Source: an uncultured Chloroflexia bacterium (lineage in GTDB: Bacteria; Chloroflexota; Limnocylindria; Limnocylindrales; CSP1-4). From it: 64,000 nt of DNA. The position numbers and the translations under genes were made by a program. Under the pieces are notes generated by a model. It searched no databases and was not told the origin of the DNA. It was given only the letters and a program-made list of their open reading frames with translations. Below, one piece after another: positions 6,926 through 16,330 of the stretch (the first letter of the stretch is position 1; every line of letters begins with the position of its first letter). Where the stretch lies: the NCBI GenBank assembly GCA_963766735.1, contig CAVYBU010000007.1, positions 352,001-416,000 of the forward strand, written 5' to 3'.

Positions 6926-9379
6926 ATGACCGAGACCGCTCCGGCACACGCCCAGGCCGTCGTCATCGGCGGGGGGATCCTGGGCGTATCTGTCGCGTAC
7001 CACCTCACGAAGAGGGGCTGGCGCGACGTCGTGCTCGTCGAGCGGGCGGACCTCACCTCCGGGACCACGTGGCACGCGGCCGGCCTGATGATGCAGGTGC
7101 AGTCGTCGCGCACCGTCACGCTGTGGGGCAAGTACAACGACGAGCTGATCCCCGAGGTCGAGGCCCTGACCGGCATGGGGACCGGCTACCGTCGGACGGG
7201 ATCGATCCTCGCGGCCAGCACGGACGCCCGCTGGGAGGAGGTCAGGCGGTCGATCTCGATGGCACACGCTGCCGGCGTCGAGGTTCATGCCATCGGGGAG
7301 GCCGAGGCGAAGCGGGCCTGGCCGCTGATGGACACGACCGGGATCGTGGGGGCCGCGTGGTACCCCAATGACGCCGTGGCCAACGCGACCGATCTGACCC
7401 AGGCCATCGCCGCTGCCGCCCGCCTCGGGGGAGCGCGGATCCTCCGGCACACCGCCGTGACCGGCGTGGACAGCGTCGATGGGCGGGTGACCCTGGTCAG
7501 GACGAGCCGCGGGGACATCGTCACCGACACCGTGGTGAACTGCACCGGGATGTGGGGCCGCGAGGTCGGGCGGCGCTCCGGCGTGACGGTCCCCCTCCAC
7601 GCCGCGGAGCACTTCTACCTCGTCACGGAGCCGATCGAGGGGCTCCCGCCGGACCTGCCCGTCCTTCGCCTCCCCGACGAGCGGACGTATGTCCGCGAGG
7701 ACACCGGCAAGCTGCTGATCGGCTTCCTCGAGCTCACCGCCAAGCCGTGGGCGACGATGGGGATCCCGGACGGGGCCGAGTTCATCCGCCTGCCGGAGGA
7801 CTGGGACCATCTCGCCCCGGAGATCGCCCTCGCGGCGCGCCGCCTGCCGTTGATCAACGACGTCGGGATCATGCTGTTCTTCAACGGACCGGAGAGCTTC
7901 ACCCCCGATGACCGGGCGATCCTGGGACCGGCGCCGGAACTGTCCGGGTACTGGGTGGCCGCGGGGTTCAACTCGCACGGGCTGCGCAGCGGCGCCGGAG
8001 CGGGACGGGCTCTCGCCGACTGGATCGTCGATGGCGACCCGCAGGAGGACCTGTGGGAGATGGACATTCGCCGGTTTGCCCCCTTCCAGGGGAACCGGCG
8101 GTACCTGCACGATCGGGTCACGGAGTCCGTCGGCCTGCTCTACGCGCCGCACTGGCCCTTCCGCCAGGTGGAGACGGCCCGCGGCATCCGCAAGACGCCG
8201 TTCTACGATCGCCTGGCTGCGCGCGGCGCCTGCTTCGGCGAGCTGATGGGCTGGGAGCGAGCCAACTGGTACGCACCACCCGGCGTCGAACCGAGATACG
8301 AGTACGCGCACAGTCGCCAGAACTGGTTCCCCTGGTCGGCTGAGGAGCACCGGGCCGCCCGCGAGGGCGTTGCGATCTTCGACGAGTCGACGTTCGGGAA
8401 GATCCTGGTGTCCGGCCCGGACGCCTGCGCCGTCCTGAACCGGATCTGCACGGCGGAGGTCGATGTTGCGGTCGGCCGGATTGTGTACACGCAGTGGCTC
8501 AACGACCACGGCGGCACCGTCGCGGACGTGACCGTCACGCGGCTGGACGAGTCGAGCTTCCTGGTCGCGACTGGCGGTCCGGTGCTCTATCACGACATGG
8601 CCTGGGTCCGAAGGCATATCCCCGATGATGCCCGTGCGACCGCCGTGGACATCTCGAACGCATACGCCGTCCTGGGCGTCATGGGTCCCCGCTCACGGAC
8701 GTTCCTCGCGTCCCTGACCGACAGCGACCTCTCCAACGAGGCCTTCCCGTTCGGGACGTCACGCGAGATCGACCTCGGCCACGCGTTCGTGCGCGCCTCG
8801 CGGATGACCTACGTGGGCGAGCTCGGCTGGGAGCTCTGGATCCCGGCCGACGTCGCCCTCCACGTCTACGACAGGATCGTGTCGGCCGGCGACGCGTTTG
8901 GCCTCCGCCACGCCGGCTTCCACGCAATGGACACGCTCCGGATCGAGAAGGCCTACCGCAGCTGGGGACACGACATCGGCGAGACCGACACATCCATCGA
9001 GGCGGGGCTCGGGTTCACGCATGATTACGACAAGCGCGGCGGTTTCATCGGGCGCGAGGCCGCCCTTCGCCAGCGAGAGTCAGGCGTTCAGCGGCGCTGT
9101 GTCGTGTTCGCGCTGGAGGATCCGACGCCGCTGCTCTCGCACAATGAGCCGATCTGGCGGGACGGGACCCTGTGCGGCTGGACCACCTCTGCCGCCTACG
9201 GCCACACGGTTGGGCGGTCGATCGGGATGGGGTACGTCGCGGATCCAGGCGGCGGCGTCGTGAGCCCGGAGTGGATCGAGTCGGGCCGCTACGAGCTGGA
9301 GATTGCCAACGAGCGGTTCCCTGCCCGCGCCTCGCTGCGGGCGTTCTACGACCCGACGAACGAGCGTATCCGGGCGTAG
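6926..9379 (+). CDS. sarcosine/dimethylglycine dehydrogenase-family flavoprotein (DAO domain + GcvT folate-binding domain)
   Basis: VVIGGGILG FAD motif, SGTTWHAAGL (covalent-FAD His motif), NGPESFTPD, GWERANWY, MTYVGELGWEL, TLRIEKAYRSWG; GGAGG RBS. Confidence 0.9.
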   Translation: MTETAPAHAQAVVIGGGILGVSVAYHLTKRGWRDVVLVERADLTSGTTWHAAGLMMQVQSSRTVTLWGKYNDELIPEVEALTGMGTGYRRTGSILAASTDARWEEVRRSISMAHAAGVEVHAIGEAEAKRAWPLMDTTGIVGAAWYPNDAVANATDLTQAIAAAARLGGARILRHTAVTGVDSVDGRVTLVRTSRGDIVTDTVVNCTGMWGREVGRRSGVTVPLHAAEHFYLVTEPIEGLPPDLPVLRLPDERTYVREDTGKLLIGFLELTAKPWATMGIPDGAEFIRLPEDWDHLAPEIALAARRLPLINDVGIMLFFNGPESFTPDDRAILGPAPELSGYWVAAGFNSHGLRSGAGAGRALADWIVDGDPQEDLWEMDIRRFAPFQGNRRYLHDRVTESVGLLYAPHWPFRQVETARGIRKTPFYDRLAARGACFGELMGWERANWYAPPGVEPRYEYAHSRQNWFPWSAEEHRAAREGVAIFDESTFGKILVSGPDACAVLNRICTAEVDVAVGRIVYTQWLNDHGGTVADVTVTRLDESSFLVATGGPVLYHDMAWVRRHIPDDARATAVDISNAYAVLGVMGPRSRTFLASLTDSDLSNEAFPFGTSREIDLGHAFVRASRMTYVGELGWELWIPADVALHVYDRIVSAGDAFGLRHAGFHAMDTLRIEKAYRSWGHDIGETDTSIEAGLGFTHDYDKRGGFIGREAALRQRESGVQRRCVVFALEDPTPLLSHNEPIWRDGTLCGWTTSAAYGHTVGRSIGMGYVADPGGGVVSPEWIESGRYELEIANERFPARASLRAFYDPTNERIRA

Positions 9380-9401
9380 GGCCCGCCGGTCACGACCAGC
9401 C

Positions 9402-10352
9402 CTACGGGTCAAGCGCCGGCCCCGACAGCCCCTCCCCGGCGTCATCGGCTTCATCGCCGCGGTCGGAGGCGGGCGCATACAGCGCGCGGCGAGGCACACC
9501 CGTCTCGCGGGACACGCGCCGGGCGGCTTCGCCGCGGGCGGTTCCCTCGTCCACCAGCCGCTGGACGGCCGAGCGGGCCGCAGCGATCACAGCATCGCGC
9601 GCCTCGCCACCGGTTCGGCCGCCGGCCGCGTCGGCCGCAGCCGCGCCTGCCCGATCCCCGGCCCCGCTCGCCCACCCGACCACGATCACGATCTCGCCAC
9701 GTGCCGGGATGGTCCCATCGGCCACCTGCGCGGCCAGCTCCGCGAGCGTCCCCCTGGCCACCTGCTCGTGCAGCTTGGTGAGCTCCCGGCAGACCGCCGC
9801 GGGCCGGTCCACACCGCAGGCCGAGGCCAGGTCCCGGAGCGTGACGGCGAGGCGCGATGGAGCCTCGAACAGGAGGCTCCCCCGCTCGTCCGAGGCCAGC
9901 TGGCCGAGCCGGTCCCGGCGCTCCCGGCCGCTCCGTGGCAGGAACCCCTCGAACGACCAGCGTGGTCCTGCCACTCCGCTCGACGCCACCGCCGCCAGCA
10001 CCGCGGAGGGCCCCGGGATCGCGACGACCGAACCCCCGGCGGCGGCCCACGCGGCCACGAGGCCCTCGCCGGGATCCGAGACCACGGGCGTGCCGGCATC
10101 GGTCACCAGCGCGAGATCCTGCCCGCCCGCGAGGTGCGAGAGCAGCTCCCTGGCCCGAGCCGGCCCGCTCTGCGCGTGGTAGCTGGTGGTGCGCGTGGGG
10201 ATCTCGTACCGCGCCAGCAGGCGCCGCGTGATCCGCGTGTCCTCGGCGGCGATCAGCGGCACCGCTCGCAGGACCTCGAGGGCGCGGTACGTGACGTCGC
10301 CCAGGTTGCCGATGGGCGTGGCCACCACGTAGAGCGTCCCGCCGGCGGTCAT
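9402..10352 (-). CDS. rsmI: 16S rRNA C1402 2'-O-methyltransferase
   Basis: LYVVATPIGNLGDVTYRA, AAEDTR, VTDAGTPVVSDPG, FEAPSRL, CRELTKLHE. Confidence 0.95.
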   Translation of the reverse strand: MTAGGTLYVVATPIGNLGDVTYRALEVLRAVPLIAAEDTRITRRLLARYEIPTRTTSYHAQSGPARARELLSHLAGGQDLALVTDAGTPVVSDPGEGLVAAWAAAGGSVVAIPGPSAVLAAVASSGVAGPRWSFEGFLPRSGRERRDRLGQLASDERGSLLFEAPSRLAVTLRDLASACGVDRPAAVCRELTKLHEQVARGTLAELAAQVADGTIPARGEIVIVVGWASGAGDRAGAAAADAAGGRTGGEARDAVIAAARSAVQRLVDEGTARGEAARRVSRETGVPRRALYAPASDRGDEADDAGEGLSGPALDP

Positions 10353-10356
10353 CCCG

Positions 10357-11289
10357 TCAGCCGCGCGATGATCCGGGGCGTTGCCGCGGGTACAGGTAGT
10401 CCACGCCCGCCGTCCGGGGTCCCAGCTTCGCGATCGGCGCCACCTGGCGCTTGAACTCGGACCCCGCGATCATCCGGTCCACCCGCTCCACCAGGGCGGG
10501 CGTGAACCCCTTCGCGACCAGCTCCTCGGTGCTCCGGCGCTTGTCGACTCGCCAGAACAGCAGCCGGTCCAGCTCCGGGTAGGAGAAGCCGGCCTCGGTC
10601 TCGTCGGTCTGGCCCGGCCACAGGTCAGCCGACGGTGCCTTGCGGATGATCGCCTCGGGCACACCGATCGCAGCGGCGAGCTGTCGCACCTGGCTCTTGT
10701 ACAGGTCCCCGACCGGGTTGAACGCACACGCGGAGTCGCCGAAGAGCGTCGTGTAGCCGATCAGCGACTCGGTCTTGTTCCCGGTCCCGACGACGAGGCC
10801 CTGCCACGAGACGCTCCTGTCGTACAGGACGGCCATCCGCATCCGGGCCATGAAGTTGCCCCGCCGCAGGGGGGCCGCCTCGAGAGCCGCCGGCCCACCC
10901 TCGCCGGGCACGCCGTCGCGCCCGAAGTACCCGTCCACCATGCCGCTGATCTCGACCAGCTCCGCCGCACAGCCGAGGTCCGCGATCACCGCCTCGGCGT
11001 CGCCCCGGGAGGCGGGTGAGGACGTGCGGTAGGGCATCATCACGCACAGCAGCCGCTCGGGCCCGATCGCCTCGGCCACGAGGTAGGCCACGAGCGCCGA
11101 ATCGACGCCGCCGGACAGCCCGAGCACCGCACGCTCAAACCCTGCCTGCCCGAGCTGGCCGCGGATGAAGGCCGCGATGGCCGTGCGAGCGACGTCGGTG
11201 TCGATGGCAAGCTCCTGCGGCAACTCGAACAGGGGCTCGCTGCCATCAGCGCCAGTCACAAGGTCCGAGCCCGTTCCGCTGTCGCTCAT
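10357..11289 (-). CDS. nadE: NAD+ synthetase (synthetase subunit)
   Basis: VLGLSGGVDSA, GNFMARMRM, VGTGNKTE, GYTTLFGD, DLYKSQV, KAPSADLWPGQTDE. Confidence 0.95.
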   Translation of the reverse strand: MSDSGTGSDLVTGADGSEPLFELPQELAIDTDVARTAIAAFIRGQLGQAGFERAVLGLSGGVDSALVAYLVAEAIGPERLLCVMMPYRTSSPASRGDAEAVIADLGCAAELVEISGMVDGYFGRDGVPGEGGPAALEAAPLRRGNFMARMRMAVLYDRSVSWQGLVVGTGNKTESLIGYTTLFGDSACAFNPVGDLYKSQVRQLAAAIGVPEAIIRKAPSADLWPGQTDETEAGFSYPELDRLLFWRVDKRRSTEELVAKGFTPALVERVDRMIAGSEFKRQVAPIAKLGPRTAGVDYLYPRQRPGSSRG

Positions 11290-12218
11290 CGGTCCACCTC
11301 CAGGTCGATGCCCGCCGTCGCACCCGGCTCGGCCGATTCGTCCGTCGGAAGCCCCGCGCGCTCCGCGATCAGCCGGCGCCACTCTCGCACCACCAGCTCC
11401 GGGCGCTCGTCCCGCAGGAGCGGCAGCGCGATCCGCTGCCGCCGCACGTCGGCGAGGTCCACGTCCACGGTGAACAGCCCCTCCTCGAACATCGGGGCAC
11501 CGAAGACCAGCGCGCCGGTGGGGCCAATGATCTCGGATCCGCCCCAGAACGAGAGCGACTCCTCCACGCCCACCCGGTTGCAGAACACGACGAACGACGT
11601 CGTCAGCTGCGCGTAGGCCCGCATCAGCGTCCGCCACGACGTCGCGGTCCCCAGGCCCACCTCGTTGCTCATCGCCAGGTCGCTGCCCGGCGATGACGAC
11701 ACGTTGACCAGGATCTGCGCGCCGTCGAGGGCCAGCAGCTGAGGCGTGGAAACGTGCCAGAAGTCCTCGCACACTCCCAGGCCCACACCGACGCCCAGCC
11801 GCGAGGGCACCGCGCGCATCATGCCGCCGGGGGCGAAGAACCGCCGCTCGTCGAACATGCCGTAGGTGGGCAGGTAGGTCTTGCGGTGGACGTGCCGCAG
11901 CTCGCCGTCCTCGAACAGCGCGGCGGCGATGAACAGCCGGTGGTCCGCGGACTCCTCCACGAACGACACGACCGCGGACAGCCCGGTCGTCGCAGCGGCG
12001 AGGCCCGCCAGCCGCGGGTCATCCAGGCGCATCGCGACCTCGGAGGCCAGGTCCTGGAGCAGGTACCCGGTCAGCCCCAGCTCGGGGAACACGACCAGGC
12101 CGGCTCCCGCCTCGCGCGCCTCGGCGAGCAGCTCCTGATGGCGCGCGAGGTTGACCTCGACGTCCCCGAGGCGTGGCGCGGTCTGGGCGAGGGCGATGCG
12201 GAGCGGTTGCACGCCCAT
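11286..12218 (-). CDS. nitrilase-family (C-N hydrolase) glutaminase subunit of NAD synthetase
   Basis: Catalytic E-K-C triad in FPELGLTGY, HRKTYLPTYGMFDERRFF, VCEDFWH; ATGA overlap with nadE. The start may be the leaderless GTG at 12212. Confidence 0.85.
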   Translation of the reverse strand: MGVQPLRIALAQTAPRLGDVEVNLARHQELLAEAREAGAGLVVFPELGLTGYLLQDLASEVAMRLDDPRLAGLAAATTGLSAVVSFVEESADHRLFIAAALFEDGELRHVHRKTYLPTYGMFDERRFFAPGGMMRAVPSRLGVGVGLGVCEDFWHVSTPQLLALDGAQILVNVSSSPGSDLAMSNEVGLGTATSWRTLMRAYAQLTTSFVVFCNRVGVEESLSFWGGSEIIGPTGALVFGAPMFEEGLFTVDVDLADVRRQRIALPLLRDERPELVVREWRRLIAERAGLPTDESAEPGATAGIDLEVDR

Positions 12219-12341
12219 GAGTCTAGGGCTCGTCCGACGCGGACGCCGTCCGGCGCGGCGCACGCCTTGATCATCGACAGGCGCTGGCCCCGGCCGTGGG
12301 TCGCCCGGCCCGGACCCCGGCGCTGGGATAGGCTCTTCCCG

Positions 12342-14045
12342 ATGTTCTTGTCCTCCCGAGTCCTCGCCGTCCTGATGATCGCGGCACTCTCCGCCGGCGG
12401 CTGCGGACCTGGCCCCACCGTCACGGAGACACCCGCGAGCAGCGGGCCGGCTGCGTCCGCAGCCGCCACGCCCGCACCCACGGAGGTCTCCTTCTCACCC
12501 GCCGCATGGCCGGACGCCGGGTCAGCCTGCGAGGACCCGGGGTACGGCGGGAGACTCGGCCGGGTCGAGGCGCTCGACGCGCTGACGGTGCGCTTCACGC
12601 TGTGCTCGCCCGACGGGGCGTTCCGCACGCGGCTCGCCCACCCGTCGCTGGCCATCGTGGACGCCACGACCATCGCCCGCCTCGCCGCCGATGGGAACGC
12701 CGGACGGACCGTGGCCGGCACGGGCCCCTACCGGGTCGTGGCGTGGCACCAGGGCAATGTCGAGCTGGGTCTGGCCTCACCTGGAACGGGCGGGGATCTC
12801 CTCGAGACGGTGGTGATCGGGTGGGAGGCGGACGCCGCAACCCGCGCCGTGTCCGTCCTCGGCGCGACCGTCGACGGGATCGATCGACCCGACGCTGCCG
12901 TGGCGGAGGCGATGACCACCCAACCCGAGGTCGCCGTGTTTCCCCGTCCGAACCTGGCCACGGCCTACCTCGGTTTCGGGTCCGGGGCCGCATTCGAGGC
13001 AGTCCCCGTGCGCCGCGCGATCGCAATGGGTCTCGACGCCGACGCCCTCGCGGCGTCCTTCGGCGCCGGCTCGATCCCCGCGAGGGCCACCGCTCCTTGC
13101 TCGGTCGCCGGCGGCTGCGCGGGTGACGCCTGGTGGACCTTCGATGCGCCGGCCGCCACCGCCGCGCTTGCCGCCGCCAGCTTCGACCTCAAGACCGTCT
13201 ACCCGCTCATGGTCCCCGATGCGCCCATGCCCGGGCTGCCAGACCCCACCGCGGCGGCCGCGGAGGTCCAGGCCCAGCTGCAGGCGAACCTCGGGCTCCT
13301 GGTCGAACCGGCGGTCGTCCCAGCCGCCACGTTTGCCGCCGATCTCGCCGGCAGCCGCATCGAGGGCCTCTACCTGGCGGGAGTCTCCTCCTCGCTCGCG
13401 GATGCCTCGGGGTTCCTCGAGCCGCTCTTTGGTCGGTCCGTTGCCACGACCGCCGCGGGGCGCGCGACGGGTGTCGCGGATGCGCTCGAGAGGCTCGCCC
13501 GTACTACCGGGACGGCGGCCCGCGCTGCCGTCCTGGCCGACGCCAACGACGCGGTTCGCGAGACCGTCCCGATCTCGCCGCTCGTCCACCCGGGCTCCGT
13601 AGCCGCCTACCGGTCTGACGTGACCGGGATCGCCGTCTCACCGCTCGGCCTGGACGCCCTCGGCTCGTTCGTGCCGGGCGACCGTCACCAGCTCGTCTAT
13701 CTCGGGGCGACGGAGCCCGTCAGCGCCTGGTGTGGAAACCAGGCCACCCTCGATGCCTTCCGCGTGTGCGGCCTCGTGACCGAGGGGCTGTACTCGTTCA
13801 CGCCTGGAACCCTGGACCCGGAGCCCAGCCTGGCGGTCCGTTGCACCCCAAGTGCCAGCGCGACGACCTGGACGTGCCCGCTGCGGAAGGGTGTCACCTT
13901 CGAGGACGGCATGCGCCTCGACGCCGGCGATGTGCTGGCGTCGTTCGTCGCCCAGTGGGATGAGGAGAGCCCGTTGAGGACGGCGGGTCCGGCGGGGGCT
14001 TTCGCGAGCTGGGATTCGCTGTTCGGTGCGCCGGCCGGCGAGTAG
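12342..14045 (+). CDS. family 5 ABC substrate-binding lipoprotein, apparently circularly permuted
   Basis: Signal peptide with LSAGGC lipobox-like Cys; VEALDALTVRFTL, GTGPYRV, VRRAIAMGLD, and C-terminal EPSLA...WTCPLRKGVTFEDG. Confidence 0.8.
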   Translation: MFLSSRVLAVLMIAALSAGGCGPGPTVTETPASSGPAASAAATPAPTEVSFSPAAWPDAGSACEDPGYGGRLGRVEALDALTVRFTLCSPDGAFRTRLAHPSLAIVDATTIARLAADGNAGRTVAGTGPYRVVAWHQGNVELGLASPGTGGDLLETVVIGWEADAATRAVSVLGATVDGIDRPDAAVAEAMTTQPEVAVFPRPNLATAYLGFGSGAAFEAVPVRRAIAMGLDADALAASFGAGSIPARATAPCSVAGGCAGDAWWTFDAPAATAALAAASFDLKTVYPLMVPDAPMPGLPDPTAAAAEVQAQLQANLGLLVEPAVVPAATFAADLAGSRIEGLYLAGVSSSLADASGFLEPLFGRSVATTAAGRATGVADALERLARTTGTAARAAVLADANDAVRETVPISPLVHPGSVAAYRSDVTGIAVSPLGLDALGSFVPGDRHQLVYLGATEPVSAWCGNQATLDAFRVCGLVTEGLYSFTPGTLDPEPSLAVRCTPSASATTWTCPLRKGVTFEDGMRLDAGDVLASFVAQWDEESPLRTAGPAGAFASWDSLFGAPAGE

Positions 14046-14130
14046 CACCCGCTCCACCGCGACTCACCACGCTGCGCGCGCCCGGTCCGCGAGCGCGCCG
14101 GCAACCCGGCGCGCGAGGCGTGACCAGGGC

Positions 14131-15282
14131 TCAACCCCGGGCGAACCAGTCCTCGGCGTTCCACGTGGAACCGGCCTCGGTTCCGTTGGCGAAGAAGTTG
14201 CCGATGCGCGGACCCGCGAGCTCCACGTTCCGGCGGAGCTCGTACCCGAGGGCAGCGGCGGCGACCACCTGGTCGCCGAGGTCCTGCACCTTCGGGATGT
14301 CCGCGTCCTGGAGGTCAAACGCGATGTCGATCTGGCCGGCGCGGAAGCCCGCGATCATGGATTCGACATCCTCGTACCACTTGAAGTTGACCTTGTCGAG
14401 GTTCGCGGCGAGGCCGGTGCGTGGGTTGACGTAGCTGTCGTTGCGTGCGAGGCGAAGGTCGGACCCCGGCGCGACGGAGACGTACCTGAACGGCCCGCTG
14501 ACGGGCATCGTGGCAACCTCGTCCGGTCGGAACCCGGCGCCTTTGACCTGGTCGGCTATCGGGATGGGGGCCAGGGCGTGGCGGGGCAGCGGCGCCTTCA
14601 TCAGGGTCAGGTACCCCTCATAGACCCTCCCGAAGTGCCAGATCATGTCCGTGGCGGACGCGCACTCGACGTCGGTGATGTCCTCGAAGCCGGCCGTGCT
14701 CGCGGCGTTGCCCTCGGTCATGACCCACTCCCACGCATACCTGAAGTCGTCGCAGGTGAGGGGGTGGCCGTCGGACCAGGAGAGCCCGCCCCGGAGCTTC
14801 CAGTTGACCGTCATGGCATCGTCGCCGCGGCCGAGGCTGACACCGCCGTTGGCTGTCGTCGGGATCGGTTCGGCGGCGAGACGCGGGATGTACCTTGCGT
14901 CGCCGGTGACGGTCAGCAGGGAGTGCCACACGAGCGAGGCAACGTTGGCTTCCGTCGCTTTGGACAGGTAGTACGGGTTGAGCTGGGTGGCTTCCTGCCA
15001 GTCGCCGATGATGATCGAGCCGCCGGTTGCGGCCGCCGCGGGGGCGTAGGCGGTATCGAACAGATCTACGGCGGATGCGGACGTCGCCGATGGCGCCGGC
15101 GCCCCTGTTGCCGGGGAGGTCGTGGGCGCCGCGGTCGCCGGGAGCGTCGCAGGGGCAGGGGTGGTGGTGTCGCCGCCACAGGCCGCGACCAGGAAGGTCG
15201 CCCCTGCGAGCAGGCTCACCAGCGTCCGCGCGAGGACACCTCCGGGTTGCGTGAGCACGGCGTCACGCTTCCTTGGTGACAC
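14131..15282 (-). CDS. short family 5 ABC substrate-binding lipoprotein (internal deletion)
   Basis: LVAAC lipobox, YIPRLAAEPIPT, WKLRGGLSWSDGHPLTCDDF, PVSGPF, C-terminal TWNAEDWF; only about 380 aa. Alternative GTG start at 15258. Confidence 0.75.
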   Translation of the reverse strand: MSPRKRDAVLTQPGGVLARTLVSLLAGATFLVAACGGDTTTPAPATLPATAAPTTSPATGAPAPSATSASAVDLFDTAYAPAAAATGGSIIIGDWQEATQLNPYYLSKATEANVASLVWHSLLTVTGDARYIPRLAAEPIPTTANGGVSLGRGDDAMTVNWKLRGGLSWSDGHPLTCDDFRYAWEWVMTEGNAASTAGFEDITDVECASATDMIWHFGRVYEGYLTLMKAPLPRHALAPIPIADQVKGAGFRPDEVATMPVSGPFRYVSVAPGSDLRLARNDSYVNPRTGLAANLDKVNFKWYEDVESMIAGFRAGQIDIAFDLQDADIPKVQDLGDQVVAAAALGYELRRNVELAGPRIGNFFANGTEAGSTWNAEDWFARG

Positions 15283-16330
15283 CCTCGGACGCTGCAGCGG
15301 CGGTGCGAGCGGCGTGGGCCAGCTGCACCTCCGCGGGCGGGGTCAGAACCGGGAAGTGGCACGCGATCTTGTGGCCCGGCGCCGCCTCCACCAGCTGTGG
15401 CACCTCGACCCGACAGCGCTCCTGCGCCTGGAAGCAGCGGGTGTTGAAGACGCAGCCGCTCGGGGGGTTGATCGGGCTCGGGAGATCGCCCTCGAGCGGG
15501 ATCCGGTAGCGCGCTCGCTGACGCTCGGGGTCCGGGATCGGCACGGCCGACAGCAGTGAATGCGTATACGGGTGGAGGGGCGCCGAGTAGATGACCTTGC
15601 GAGGCGCGCTCTCCATGATGTGCCCGAGGTACATGACCGCGACCCGCTCGGAGATCTGCCGCACGACGGCGAGGTCGTGGGCGATGAACAGGTAGGCGAT
15701 ACCGAACTCTTCCTGCAGGTCCCGAAGCAGGTTGAGGATCTGGGCCTGGATCGAGACGTCGAGGGCGGAGACCGGCTCATCACAGACGATGAGCTTCGGC
15801 TTGAGGGCGACCGCCCGGGCGATCCCGATCCGCTGGCGCTGACCCCCGGAGAACTCGTTCGGGTAGCGGTTGTAGTGCTCGGGGTTCAGGCCGACACGCT
15901 CCATCAGGTCCTGCGTCGTGCGCCGGACCCCGCCGGGCGGTTCCACCCCCTGGATCCTAAACGGCGCCTCGATGATCTTCCCGATCGTATGACGGGGGTT
16001 CAGGGCGTTGTAGGGATCCTGGAAGATGATCTGCGCCTTCCGCCGGATCGGGACGAGCGTCTTGGTCGAGAGGTTCGTGATGTCCTGCCCGTCGAGCTCG
16101 ATTGTCCCGCTCGTCGGGCGGAGCAGCCGCAGGATCGTCCGGCCGGCGGTCGTCTTGCCGCAACCGCTCTCGCCGACAAGGCCGAGCGTCTCGCCCGCAT
16201 CGAGCGAGAGGCTGATGCCGTCGACAGCCTTCACGTGGCCGACGACCCGCGGGAAGACGCCCCGCGACCGCACCGGGAAGTACTGGCGCAGGTCGGTGAC
16301 CCTGAGGACCTCCTTCTGCTGACCGGTCAT
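15263..16330 (-). CDS. oligopeptide/dipeptide ABC transporter ATP-binding subunit (OppF/DppF-like)
   Basis: GESGCGKTT, FSGGQRQR, VCDEPVSALD, HPYT, C-terminal C..C..C..CH motif. Confidence 0.93.
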   Translation of the reverse strand: MTGQQKEVLRVTDLRQYFPVRSRGVFPRVVGHVKAVDGISLSLDAGETLGLVGESGCGKTTAGRTILRLLRPTSGTIELDGQDITNLSTKTLVPIRRKAQIIFQDPYNALNPRHTIGKIIEAPFRIQGVEPPGGVRRTTQDLMERVGLNPEHYNRYPNEFSGGQRQRIGIARAVALKPKLIVCDEPVSALDVSIQAQILNLLRDLQEEFGIAYLFIAHDLAVVRQISERVAVMYLGHIMESAPRKVIYSAPLHPYTHSLLSAVPIPDPERQRARYRIPLEGDLPSPINPPSGCVFNTRCFQAQERCRVEVPQLVEAAPGHKIACHFPVLTPPAEVQLAHAARTAAAASEGVTKEA

